Assembly (NCBI RefSeq): GCF_006345805.1
Contig: NC_043015.1
Coordinates: forward strand, 33,108,001-33,172,000
Direction of reading: 5' to 3'
Length of the DNA: 64,000 nucleotides
From: Octopus sinensis
Lineage: Eukaryota
Below, piece after piece: positions 11,351-23,472 of this stretch. Every line of letters starts with the position of its first letter. Positions within the stretch are counted from its first letter, which is position 1. A program made the translations under genes and the position numbers. The notes beneath the pieces were generated by a model, which worked only from the letters and a program-made list of their open reading frames with translations, did no database searches and was not told where the DNA came from.

Positions 11351-12238
11351 TAATATATCAAAAGTCTGCTTGAATCTTGCTTGCTTGCAATGTTACCCAA
11401 CCAAACTGGCGCAAAATGGGAAAATACTATGAATTAAGTTTACCCTGAAATGTTAATACGGATGGAATGAAACCAGTTTCGCATAAATCGGACAAGTAGT
11501 TTTTTTTAGATATTAGAGTTTTGCTGGATATAAATATCCATAATGGTGCATAATGAGAAAACATTCTGAAAATAATCATAATCCTGAAAGGAAAGAAACT
11601 CTTATCTTTTGATTAGACACAGTGACTTGACAACGAAAAAATATGGTTTGTTTTTTCACAGTAAATGTTTCTGTTTTCTCTTTTGCTAAACACAATATTT
11701 TAATCATTTAGAAGTATTTTAAGTGAATGTGATTTCAAAAATTTAAGTTGTTTTGTACAGTAAGTATTTATGTTTTAACTTTCTTTAAACAGACAATATT
11801 TTAATGTTTTTTTTTTATTATTTTCAAGAAAATACCATTACAAAAATTTTTTGGCATATTTAAAAAATATTTTAAAGTGAAAATGACTTTAAAAATATGG
11901 TAAATATTTCATAAAAGACCCATACATAATCTCGGTGTGAAATAGTTTTTTTTTCATAGGTTTTTTTTTTGAGAGCATTCAGTGTATCTTACCACGTAAC
12001 AGCTATTTGCGATAAAGGACCCAAAATACCTGTTACATGGTAGCAGGGCATGCAAGAAACAGTAGCCAAATCTTTCCTGTTCTGAGGAAAGGAGCTGTTT
12101 ACACATGATTTCAATGTTACATTCATTTGAAAGCATGCAAAATAACCTGGAAAAGGAAAAAAAAAACTCACGAAACAAAACTCCGTTGCTGGGAAACTCA
12201 GAGTTTCCTGGTAACCCAATAGGTCATGAGTAGTCTAG
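11351..12238 (+). mobile_element. Helitron family 2, copy 2 (tandem)
   Basis: Same 3' end GTAACCCAATAGGTCATGAGTAGTCTAG|T; ~600 bp shared with copy 1; begins directly after the CTAG of copy 1. Confidence 0.7.
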
Positions 12239-12279
<41 letters not shown>

Positions 12280-12599
12280 AAAGAAGAGAAACAGAGAACA
12301 TTACGATATAAAAGCTGTACAAGTGAGAGACACAAGGAGAAATTAAATAATTGCAGATCTATATAACCCATGTTTACATGCTGGATGAGCAAGTAGGATG
12401 CATAAGATGTTGACAACTTGTATGTTTGTTTGTCATACCTAATTCATCTCTTCTGCCATCATTACCTTGCTTATGTGCAGTATTGAAACAATCAATTCTT
12501 TAGTTTACTGTCAAACGTTGCATGCTGGTACTTGTTAACAATAAACTCAATACGGCGAAGTCTTTGAAAATCACACAGTGCACAAAAGGATGAAACAGG

Positions 12600-13075
12600 T
12601 GATGATGAGGTGAGGTGCAAGGACAGAAATGTAGGTTAAGGTGATAATCTTTAATAAGATTTGTGATCATCGTTATCACCATGACGTTGACAATTATGAT
12701 GACAATGATAACGATTGTGGTGGTGGTGGTGGTGGTGGTGGCGGTGATAGTGATAGTAATGGTGGGGTGGTAGCGGTGGTGTTGATGGTGTTGATGGTGG
12801 TGATTGTGGTGATTGTGATGATGAGAAGGAGGATGGTAGTGGAGGAGGATGACGACAATGATGGCGAAGGGGGATGAGGATGATGGTGACGGTGGTGATG
12901 ATGGTGATAGTGATGGTGGTTGTGGTGAGGGTGGTAGTGATGATGATGACAATGATGGTAGTGGTGGTGGTAGTGGCGGCGGCGGCAGTGCTAGCGATTA
13001 TGATGACGACAAATGCAAAGGGTGTGAAAATAACAATGACAATAATGATGATGACAACGACAGCATCATAATTAA
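12600..13075. repeat. (GGT)n/(GAT)n low-complexity trinucleotide tract
   Basis: Direct reading; source of the poly-H/T/M/V ORFs. Confidence 0.9.
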
Positions 13076-13324
13076 GCTGTTGTTGTTTTACTGCAAAAAT
13101 GAACTCTGATCCAGCAGACTTGTTATGAAAGGCACTCCAGTCGTGACTACCACTACCTCTTTAAGGGTTAAGTCTAGGACCACATTACCGAATGTGCCTT
13201 CGACTTATTCATATTTGGAAATAACAGAATGTGACTTGAGGGAGACTGGTGGTTATTTCTAGAAGGTTGACTCACCACATAGAAGCTCAATCATTAACTT
13301 GATTCTTGTGATGACAAAGAGGGA

Positions 13325-13615
13325 AGGCATGTGGCTTAGTGGTCAGGGGTACTCAGCCTGTGATCGTAAGGTCGTGAGTTTGATACCTGATAGCACCTTG
13401 TGTCCCTGAGCAAGACACTTTACTTCACATTGCTCCAGTCCACTCAGCTGACATAAACGAGTTGTACTTGTAATTCAAAGGGCCAGCCCTGTCACACTCT
13501 GTGTCATGCTGAATATCCCTGAGAACTACGTTAAGGGTACATGTGTCTGTGGAGCGCTCAGCCACTTGCACATTAATTTCACGAGCAGGTTGTTCTGTTG
13601 ATTGGATCAAATGGC
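13325..13615 (+). mobile_element. tRNA-derived SINE, family 2
   Basis: A-box TGGCTTAGTGG, B-box-like GAGTTTGATACC, core CCTGAGCAAGACACTTTACTTCACATTGCTCCAGTCCACTCAGCTG shared with 52555-52855. Confidence 0.8.
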
Positions 13616-13895
13616 ATATGATGGTAGTATTGATGATGATGATGATGATAACGATTTTGTATTGATGGTAAGGATGATGATGATGATAGTGATGATGCTA
13701 GTAGTGATGGTAATAGCAATAAGGCTGATGGTCAGAATGGTAGTGATGATGGTGATGGTGATGAAGGCTGTGAATATAATGGTGGTGATGATGATGATGC
13801 TAATGGCCGTAATAAAAGCAGTCTGGACGATAGTGGTGATGGTGCTGATGGTAATGGTGGCAGTGATGAAGATAACAGTTTTAATATCTATGATG
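13615..13895. repeat. (GAT/GGT)n degenerate trinucleotide tract
   Basis: Direct reading. Confidence 0.9.
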
Positions 13896-14221
13896 AAATC
13901 GACCAACTAGAAACAAAAACATTACTTGTTCTTAGATGAGATGATAACAACATCAGTATTGACAACAACAAAAACACCAGCAACAACAACAGCAACAGCC
14001 GTTCAAGAATTTGGACCTAGAGATCTCCATTTCCAGCGACTTCGAGGGCCACCTCCCAGTGGTGTCGGGCGTCAACGAAGAGCCCTCGACTACAACAAGA
14101 CGACCAAAGTTTTTTTTTTCCCAAGGTCTGGGGTCTCCCGCTCCTAAGCCCTAGACCATCACCTAATCACCCTTACCCGTCTTGTTGCTTAAAAACAACA
14201 ACAACAGAAACAACAGCAATA

Positions 14222-14370
14222 GTGGAAGCGCAATAGTCCAGTGGTTAGGGCAGCGGACTCGCAGTCGTAAGAACAAAGTTTCAATCCCGGTCCAGGCATT
14301 GTGAGTGTTTATTGAGCAAAATTACCTAAGTTCCACAAGGCTCAGGCGATGGGGGTGGGGGGGTGAACCC
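14222..14370 (+). mobile_element. tRNA-derived SINE head, family 3
   Basis: A-box-like TAGTCCAGTGG, B-box-like AGTTTCAATCCC, followed by TTGAGCAAAA..CCTAA core-like sequence. Confidence 0.6.
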
Positions 14371-14872
14371 TGCGAGGGGGGGGGGCGGATTTTTGTGGTT
14401 GTGGATGTAGATGTGGTGATGGTTGTTGCTATTGTAGCAAATAAAAGAGATGATAGTTTGAAGTTGTGCTGTTGTTGCTTAGTTGCCAAATAAGCTCTGA
14501 TCCAGCCATATAATCAAGGCCATTCCATCCATGAACATCTCATCTTTTATTCCAAGAACCCTGTCGCAGCTTAAGTGACTACATGTTGGACAGTGGTCAG
14601 AGGACAAAAGACATTAGAAGTCAGCAGTATGGCAGAGCAACTAACCACACTTTATCTGCTCCTACGACTACACCAAGAACAACAATGTTCAAAATTCTCC
14701 TGACATTTCATCGTTCATTCGTAGTAACGACAACATTTGTTTTTGTGTACAAAAAGAATAAAATTTTGTTTATCAGAAATCACAACAGACTCCAAAGTTC
14801 TTTTCCGTACAGAGTGATTAAGGACATGAAGGTATAGTTGCTAAGGTGCTGGAAATATCTAGCAAGGTAGGT

Positions 14873-15085
14873 TACTCTCTTTACTCTTTTACTTGTTTCA
14901 GTCATTTGACTGCGGCCATGCTGGAGCACCGCCTTTAGTCGAGCAAATCGACCCCAGGACTTATTCTTTGTAAGCCCAGTACTTATTCTATCGGTCTCTT
15001 TTGCCGAACCACTAAGTTACAGGGACGTAAACACACCAGCATTGGTTATCAAGCAATGCTAGGGGACACACACGCAAACACACAT

Positions 15086-15126
<41 letters not shown>

Positions 15127-15291
15127 TACGACAGGCTTCTTTCAGTTTCCGTCTACCAAATCCACTCACAAGGCATTGGTCAGCCCGGGGCTATAGCAGA
15201 AGACACTTGCCTAAGATGCCACGCAGTGGGATTGAACCCGGAACCATGTGGTTGGTTAGCAAGCTACTTACCACACAGCCACTCCTGCACC
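14873..15291 (-). mobile_element. tRNA-derived SINE, family 1, near full length
   Basis: Minus strand: GGTGCAGGAGTGGCTGTGTGGTAAGTAGC (A-box region), GGGTTCAATCCC (B-box), CTTAGGCAAGTGTCTTCTGCTATAGCC core, central microsatellite, tail CAGTC-AAAT-GACTG-AAAC and AAGTAAAAGAGTAAAGAG repeats. Confidence 0.92.
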
Positions 15292-15319
15292 TATGTATTA
15301 GTTACACACAGTACATCAG

Positions 15320-15452
15320 AATGGTATCATACACAATGACTGGTATAGTAGCATCATTGTAAACTGCTACAAGGGATGAAAGAGATTCACAAAAAGAGGA
15401 GAGAATAAAGCAGCATCAAAGTGATGGACAAGGTTATCAAAGTCACTGATAC
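15320..15452 (+). mobile_element. RTE reverse transcriptase N-terminal fragment
   Basis: NGIIHNDWYSSIIVNCYKG* ... IKVMDKVIKVTD matches the RTE pattern (IP.DW..S.IV..YKGKGD...IKL.D.VMKV). Confidence 0.65.
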
Positions 15453-15718
15453 AAGTTACATCACAAATGATTAGGAACGCAATTACATGTGTATAATTAT
15501 CTTTTTTTAATTAAATTTTTGATAGAGTCCTCCTCACAAACTATTATAACTATTTATTGATTTAGTGACCCTCCTCTTGACTGCCAACTAAGTGTAATGT
15601 TATGCATGGTATATATTTGATTGATCAAGCTCTCCTCCAGTCAACAATGGAAATAGCATGATAAATTAAATATATGCAGGGAACTAAGTGTGTATAATAG
15701 TGCATGAGCATGCATGTG

Positions 15719-15751
<33 letters not shown>

Positions 15752-15857
15752 ATAACTGTCTTTTACCAAAATAGATGCATAACTGTCTTTTGCATGCACA
15801 CACACACATGCATATATATATGTATGAATGAATGCTTGAATGCACATTTACATACTT

Positions 15858-15895
<38 letters not shown>

Positions 15896-16522
15896 AATGG
15901 CGGTGCATCAGCATGGCCACAGCTATGAGCTGAAACTACAGCAAAATATATATATATATAATTAGTGTATGAAAGAGGTATTTGAATATTTCATAATTGC
16001 AATGATATGTCATACTTGGAAAATATTTCATTTCCATTACAACAATGGCTTTCAGCCCAACAAACAACCTTCGAACAAGCCACTTGCCAAACAAGTACAA
16101 CTGATGGACTCTAGACATATTTGTGTTGTTACAGGCATAGCTGAATGGCGAGGAACTTTTATCTGCAACAATAAGCTCTGACTATTCCACAGAAACATGT
16201 AACCCTTAAAGGAATTCTCAAGCTGATTCAGCATGACACAATACATGACAAGGATGGACTTCTGAATCACAAGCAGACTCTGTCCAACAGGCTTCTGTAC
16301 AGTTTCCAACTGCTTAGTTTCATTTGTAAGACTTGGATCTGCCTAATATTTTGGTAAAAGACAGTTGCCCAAAATGCCACAGAGCAGGTTCGAACACAAA
16401 ACCTCATGATTAACACTTGCCCATGTTAGCGTTAAACAAGAATGTTGTTGATAGTAAATTCGAAGTTTCAGCCAACTAAGGCATAGTTGGCTGGCCAGCT
16501 AAGCAGTCCAACAATGGCTTAG

Positions 16523-16560
<38 letters not shown>

Positions 16561-16604
16561 GTGTGTGTGTGTGTGTGCATGTGTGTGTGTCTGTGTGTAG
16601 CAAC

Positions 16605-17000
16605 AAGGAGAGAAGTTTTGAGGGAGTTCAGGAAGAGATTTCAGCACAAAAAACCAGAGCCCCTGCACCAGGACAATACACGAATCCACCTTGGTAACAA
16701 ACAACTTGACAGAGATGAGCATCAAAACTCCCACATCCTCCCTAGAGTCCAGACATTGTACCCTGTGACCTTTGGTTGTTACCCAAGATGAAGAAGGCAA
16801 AGGAGGCTGTGAGACAAGGGTCCTGGATATTTTTACTTTAGGGGATATCCATAGGGCCTTTACAAAGTAGCTGGAGGGCTGCAACGAGTACATTAAAGTC
16901 AGAGGATTGTACTTTAAAGGAGATCAGAGCTTTGTACTTCTTTGAAATTAATAAATGTCTCCCACGAAAAAGTCTCAATACTTCTGGAATGCACCTTGTA
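16605..17000 (+). mobile_element. Mariner (DD34D) 3' half with TIR
   Basis: VLREFRKRF.HKKP..LHQDN...HPP*SPDIVPCDLWLLPKMKK...CNEYIKVRGLYFKGD; ends in TIR AGTCTCAATACTTCTGGAATGCACCTTG|TA. Confidence 0.85.
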
Positions 17001-17039
17001 TGTGTGTGGTTTTTTTTGTCTCCCACCACTACTTGACGA

Positions 17040-17218
17040 TCAGTGTTGGTTTGTTTATGTCCCCGTAACTAAGCAGTTTAGCAAACAAGCCCAATGGAAT
17101 AAGAACCAGACTGCAAAAAAAATAAGTACTGGGGTCAATTTGTTTGACTAAACCCTACAAGGCAGTGACCCAGCGTGACTGCAGTTTAATGACCGAAACA
17201 AAGCAAAAGATAAAAGAT
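17040..17218 (+). mobile_element. SINE family 1 3' tail
   Basis: GTTTATGTCCCCGTAACTAAGCAGTT...AATAAGTACTGGGGTC...GACCGAAACAAAGCAAAAGATAAAAGA. Confidence 0.8.
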
Positions 17219-17221
17219 AGA

Positions 17222-17600
17222 CATCATCATCATCATCATCGTTTAACGTCCGTTTTCCGCGCTAGCACGGGTTGGACGGTTCAACCAGGGTCTGGGAAGC
17301 CAGGGGCTGCACCAGGCTCCAGTTTGATCTGGCAGAGTTTCTAAGTTGGATGCCCTTCCTAACGCCAACCACTCCGCGAGTGTAGTGGGTGCTTTTTACG
17401 TGCCACCTGCACAGGTGCCAGGGGGGTGGGGCCGGCATCAACCACGATCGGTTAGAGCTTTTAACGTACCACCAGCATGGAAGCCAGCCACGGTGGCGCT
17501 GGCAACGGCCACATTCGGATGGTGCTTTTTATGTGCCACCGGCACAGAAGCCAGTCGGAGCGGCGCTGGCATCAGCCACGTTCGGATGGTGCTTTTAATC
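17222..17600 (-). mobile_element. RTE 3'UTR-type repeat with (GAT)n tail and internal ~70-bp tandem units
   Basis: Minus strand TGGTTGGCGTTAGGAAGGGCATCCA...CCAACCCGTGCTAGCGCGGAAAACGGACGTTAAACGATGATGAT; the same tail follows RTE coding ends at 20740-20990 and 27760-28050. Confidence 0.8.
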
Positions 17601-17813
17601 AGTTAGAAAGCAGGAGGGAGAGGGTGAGGGATGCGTATGAGTGCAGGAATATTAGAAGCAATAAACCAGACTACAGTATGTTCTATGTACACTTTATCAT
17701 CAAGAAAAGCAGATGATATTATGGATATATCTACATTATACATATATCTGGATTTTATATATATATATATTAATATATATATATATCTATGTGTGTGTGT
17801 GTGTGTATGTATG

Positions 17814-17853
<40 letters not shown>

Positions 17854-17938
17854 GGAAGATGAGCTGGGTAACAATTGAAAGTGTTTATTATAAAATAAAT
17901 TAAGATAAAGGTCAACCACAAGATATGTATAAATATAT

Positions 17939-17975
<37 letters not shown>

Positions 17976-18007
17976 CATATACATAAACACACACACACAC
18001 ATAAATA

Positions 18008-18039
<32 letters not shown>

Positions 18040-18299
18040 CATATCTTAATTGCTGGGCAATTTGCCATGCTTTATCAGGTTTCATCTTTTCAAAACAGAG
18101 CAAAACACACAGCAAACGATATCACACTACACTAAAAACACTTGATTTATTGATATCAACATGGAATCGCTGGCATCAACAAGAATATCTGGGTCGGCCA
18201 TTATAATGTTTGGCACCATTTCAAGATATCTTGTTCGAAATCTTTACTATTGAACTTATTTCTCCACAATCATTCATTCGTCAGTTTATGATTCACTAT

Positions 18300-18342
18300 T
18301 TGTGTGTGTATATATACATATACACAATGAAGATGATGACAA

Positions 18343-18384
<42 letters not shown>

Positions 18385-18469
18385 CATCATCATCATCATC
18401 ATCATCGTTTGATGATGATGATGATATACATATATATGGTACATATATATATATGTGTGTATTGTGTAT

Positions 18470-18524
<55 letters not shown>

Positions 18525-18554
18525 GTATGTATATATGTGTATACATGTATATAT

Positions 18555-18600
<46 letters not shown>

Positions 18601-18640
18601 CATATATATATACATACATATAATATATATACATACATTA
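18300..18640. repeat. (TA)n compound microsatellite with (CAT)n(GAT)n
   Basis: Direct reading. Confidence 0.95.
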
Positions 18641-18667
18641 TATAAATGTGTGGTGTGTGCATGAATG

Positions 18668-18821
18668 TGTGCATGTGGTAAGAAGTTTGATTCCCAGCCA
18701 CCCGGTTCCAGGTTCAATCCCACTGCATGGCACTTTGGGCAAGTGTCTTCTATTATAGCCTTGAGTTGACTAAAGCCTAGTGCATGGATCTGGTAGACAG
18801 AAACAGAAAGAAGCCCTTCAT

Positions 18822-18867
<46 letters not shown>

Positions 18868-19095
18868 GTCTTTGTGTCTGTGTTTGTTCACCCAACCACC
18901 ATTTGACAACTGGTGTTTGTGTGCATATGTCCGCATGACTTAGCAGTTTGATAAAAGAGACCGACACAATAACTACCAGGTTTTACAAAAAAATATGTAC
19001 TGCGCTCAATAAGTGCAACTAAAATTCTTCAAGGTGGTGCCCCAGCATGGCTGCAATTTCATGACTGAAACAAGCAAAATATAAAAGGTAAAAGA
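18668..19095 (+). mobile_element. tRNA-derived SINE, family 1, diverged
   Basis: TGTGGTAAGAAG, GGTTCAATCCC, TTTGGGCAAGTGTCTTCTATTATAGCC core, (TG)n, tail CCAGCATGGCTGCAATTTCATGACTGAAAC. Confidence 0.85.
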
Positions 19096-19331
19096 AAGAT
19101 GTCACTCCTCTGAATAAAGATCTTGATTGTCATTGTGATTTTGTAGCCTGGACAAAAGCAGGCCTTGCCGTCCATAAGCCCTCGAGCAAAGAGAGTCCTC
19201 AACTTGCTCCATTTGCCAAGAGATTTGCAGGGCACTGGTGAGCCTTGGGGGACACATAAATGGCCATTGAACATGATTACCGCTTTATTTTGCTGATCCC
19301 TCATTTGTCGTTCATGACAAGAGAATCCATC

Positions 19332-19367
<36 letters not shown>

Positions 19368-19376
19368 ATATATGTA

Positions 19377-19415
<39 letters not shown>

Positions 19416-19472
19416 CGTTTATATATTTGTTGTGCAAGATTTTTTATGTGAAGTCGTGTGTTGAAACAGACA

Positions 19473-19563
19473 TTGTTGTATTTCCGAATGGTCATTTTGC
19501 CAGTTTAGTGCGTGTGTTTTTATTGGCTAAACTGGCAAAATGACCATTCCGAATACAACAACA
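19473..19563. repeat. Foldback inverted repeat
   Basis: Perfect 23-bp arms GAATGGTCATTTTGCCAGTTTAG (19486-19508) and its reverse complement (19527-19549), 18-nt loop, imperfect extension TTGTTGTATT/AATACAACAA. Confidence 0.9.
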
Positions 19564-19608
19564 ACATATATATATATTATATAATATATATATATGTGTG
19601 CGTGTATA

Positions 19609-19695
<87 letters not shown>

Positions 19696-20305
19696 TATAC
19701 ACATGGGGAGGAGGGACACAATGAGTAAGATTTACTGCATTAATTACTTTGGGAAAAAAAATATTTTTCATAAATGTTCACTACCTTACAGAAACTATAT
19801 CAGTGAAGCAAATGACCTTCCCTTAAATGCATTACAAACACAATAGCAAAATCTGAACACTATTTCAGAAAATTATCTCCATTGTCTTTGAGCATATAAA
19901 AGACAAATTTAGATGGGGTAAAATGAGCAAGATAAGATGAGTTAAATTTGTCTCTTCATTTCTCCAGAATTACATTTGAGAAAAGACGCATACACATCAA
20001 GATCCATCCTTTGACATCAGAAAGATCAGAAACGCTACAGAAATAGGTAAAAATTGAAGGACGGTCATAGAAAAATGGCACATGCTATGAAATTAATGAA
20101 ACTCAACTAAATCTAAAAACTCTACATAAAAAAAAATAGTCTCTATAGATTCTTCATAATCTGATGAAATGGCTTTCTTCCTCAATATATTTATGCACCA
20201 TGCAGTTAAAGCAAAGAAATTATTGAAATTAGTCCTTATTCATTTTGTTGCAGTTTAGACAACTTGTGTTGGAAATTTTAAATTGAACATCTTGCATATG
20301 CACAA

Positions 20306-20990
20306 ACAGCTATGGTACATGGCAGTGAGAAATGGGTTTTGACTTCTGAGGATATGCACAGGCTTGAAACAAATGAAGTCAATATGCTTCACTGGATGAA
20401 TAATGTGTGAGTTGGGAGAAGAACTGGGACTACAAAGCATCAATTGTAGTGTGAAAGAGAGAGAAGACTGAGCTGGTATGGTTACATAATGTGTATAGAT
20501 GAAGAGTGTTGCGTCAAGAGATGCCAATGTCTAATTGTGGAAGGAGTAGACCCAGGAAGATATTAGGATGAACTGATGAGAAAGGATCTTCAGACGCTGG
20601 GCCTCACAGAGGGGATGACAGGAGACAGAGATTCCTGGTGGTTTGCTGTGCCTGAGAAGACACATCAAATGAAGTAAAATTGTAGTTGTCCTTATATATA
20701 GGCGTGTCTCCTGCATCACTTTCCAGCTGAGTGTTGCTAATCTTGCAGGTTAATGGGTGCTGGTGTCACGTATAAGGTACCCATACTGGCACCACATAAA
20801 CGCACCCATGCCAGTGCTGCATAAAATCACCCAGTACACTCTGTAAAGTGGTTGACATTAGGAAGGGCGTCCTGCCATAGAAACCTTACCAAAACAGACA
20901 TGGAGCCCGGACAGCTCTTCAGCTGGTCAGTTGCTCTCAAACCATCCAACCCATGCCAGCATGGAAAACGGATGTTTATGATGACCAAAT
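20306..20990 (+). mobile_element. RTE LINE 3' end (ORF C-terminus plus 3'UTR)
   Basis: TAMVHGSEKW...RLETNEVNMLHWM..V, RLSWYG, GRPRK..DEL.RKDL..LGL...MT.DRDSW..AV.EKT; then UTR with GTGGTTGACATTAGGAAGGGC and GGATGTTTATGATGA tail. Confidence 0.85.
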
Positions 20991-21329
20991 TAAACATTAG
21001 TGTGAGGAACAAAATTGAGTTGGAATCCAACAGAGAAAAGAATATTGAGTGCTAAACACCAAAAATTATCCAGATATTTTATTAGCAACCTCAGTTACAA
21101 GCAGGTCAAAATTGAGGAAAAATTTCTTAAAAAGAAAAGTACCTGACACCCGACTATCTTTCAAACTCTTTTAAAGATGATGCAACAGTATAAAATGAAG
21201 ATGCGATATTTGCAAAGTAATGGTTTCAAACAGGGAGGAAGAAAAGAATGAGAAACCAGAAATTACTCGTTTTGCCCCGGTTACCAATTTGGTCTCTTTT
21301 CCCATATATGTTGTACATGTGTGCATGCG

Positions 21330-21374
21330 TGAATGTACGTATGTATATATGTATGTATGTATGTATGTATGTAC

Positions 21375-21405
<31 letters not shown>

Positions 21406-21570
21406 TGTATGTATGTATGTATGTATGTGTGTACGTACGTATGTATTTACGTACGTATGTATGTATGTATGTATGCATGTACATACATACATATGTATGT
21501 ATGCATATAAATACACACATATATATATGTATGTATGTCTATACATACATTCATATGTGTGTGTGTGTGT
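21330..21570. repeat. (TATG)n microsatellite
   Basis: Direct reading. Confidence 0.95.
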
Positions 21571-22405
21571 GTAAATATCTGTATGCATATTTTTTTTTCC
21601 TTCTCCTTTTTCGGAAACAAATGAACAAAGAACGGTTTGATCAATTGTTTGCCAGTTATTATACACGCATATCTTTGGTTATTGATTGAATATAAACCCA
21701 CACATATATATACGAACGAACATTCTTCCTCTCCTCACATCTTGCTTTGACTCTCTCTCTTTTTCCCCCACCACCACCACCACACACAATACTGACATTC
21801 ATACAAATTCTTGCCCATTTTCACAGTAACACACACACACACACACACTAATAAAAATACATATTAATACACACACCTTGCACACACATACACACTGACA
21901 CCGACCTGCTCTCAGACATACACATATCAACAGGTGCGCCCACACAGACCTACATTTAAGAGTGGAAACATGTTTAATTGAGAAAATTTAGCAACGAATA
22001 TGTGTGTATGTGTGTGTGCAGGTGTGTATGTGTGTGTGTATGTGTGTGTGTGTAAGTATTTATTCACGTATGTGTATGCATATGTGTGTATGTATTTGTA
22101 TATGTGCGTATATTTATGTGTATGTGTTGTATACGTGATTATATCTTCTGCTTCGCTTTTTCTGGCACTCTCTCTCCCTCTCTCCCTCTCTTTCTCTCTC
22201 TGAGAAAAGCAGGTAAGTAAAGAGAAAGAGAAAGAGAAAGAGAAAGAGTTGAAATGACTGAGAGAGGGAAAGAGAGAAAGCTGGGGCTGGAGAAATATAC
22301 AGAAAGGCAGAGATAAAGTGTGATAGGTGAAAGAAAGAGAAACGGTAAGAGATAAAGGTAATAAGAGAAGTAATGAGATAGAGAGAGACAGACAGACAGA
22401 CAGAG

Positions 22406-22438
<33 letters not shown>

Positions 22439-22884
22439 GAGAGGGGGAATGAGAGGGAGGCAAAGAGATGAAAAAAGGTATAGAAAAGAGTGGATATAGG
22501 AAGTGAGGTGGTTAGAAATGGAGGAGAAATAGCGGGGAGAGGGAGAAAAGGGCAGCTGTATGTATGTGTGTGTATGTGTGTGTTTGTGTGTGTGTGTGTG
22601 TGTGTGCGTGCGTGCTAGTGCTATCATGTAAATAATTCAATGTTGTATCTTTTCGTTATAGATAAATGAATTTACTGCACTTGTGTTCCATATTGCAGTG
22701 AAGTCACAATACAGCTATGCAAATATACGTGTGGCTAAACGTTTAGAATATGTAAATTGATTAAAATTAAACAATGTTCCTTATATCTATTTATATTTAC
22801 TCATTCATTTGTGGAGAAATAATGTTTTTTTTTTATTATCATGGGCGAGTCATTATACCAATAATAATAAACACACATACTGTG

Positions 22885-23472
22885 TTTATTATTATTATTA
22901 TTATTATTGAGTGAAAGAGCAGTGCATGCCATCAAAGTGACACTGGGGTAAAATATACAAAGCCCAGTATACCCATCATGACTACCTGTCTGATAAGGGT
23001 AAACCAGGCACATGCATCACAACCATATGTGCACGACATGGTGATCTCATATCAAGATAAACAGCACATGACCTTGCAGGTGGGGCTTAGTTAGAATTTT
23101 CTTCAGGTCGAGTAGCCCATCCCGCTCAAAAGGTCCCTGAATAACGTTTGTTTAAGGATGATGAATGAAACACCCATGTTTCCAAGGGTGAATTATCCAA
23201 ACCCCAAAGAATCCCTCTCAACACATGGCTATGATGCTCCCCCACTACTTCTGCTCGTGATCAGAGATGCATATATCGTCAGCCACTAAGGGACATACTC
23301 AACTGGTTAAGGTCAAACAACTGACAAGCAAATCTGTGGTTTTGAGCAGAATATTTGCTGTGGCCCATCTCTTATACCAAGACAAAACAATGTACATGAT
23401 GACACTTCCAATCAGTTAAGATCAGAAGCCATAAGAGCCACTTCTTGGTACTGCGTCAGGGCATTTATTATT
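22885..23472 (-). repeat. Unclassified ~590-bp interspersed retroposon-like element with (AAT)n tail
   Basis: Minus strand runs AATAAATGCCCTGACGCAGTACC...GCACTGCTCTTTCACTC(AAT)n; I recall it as an abundant octopus repeat; no coding signal seen. Confidence 0.55.

Noticed and set aside
14042-14089. Partial HDV-like ribozyme topology (TCGAGGGC/GCCCTCGA outer stem, CCAC/GTGG inner stem, CGAA)
   Set aside because: I could not build a convincing 6-7 bp P1 with a G1 wobble or a P4; only a nested hairpin is supported. An HDV descriptor search would settle it.
19968-20047. Strong acceptor and donor pair (TTTCTCCAG...AAATAG|GTAAAA)
   Set aside because: All three frames contain a stop; at best a non-coding exon with no other support.
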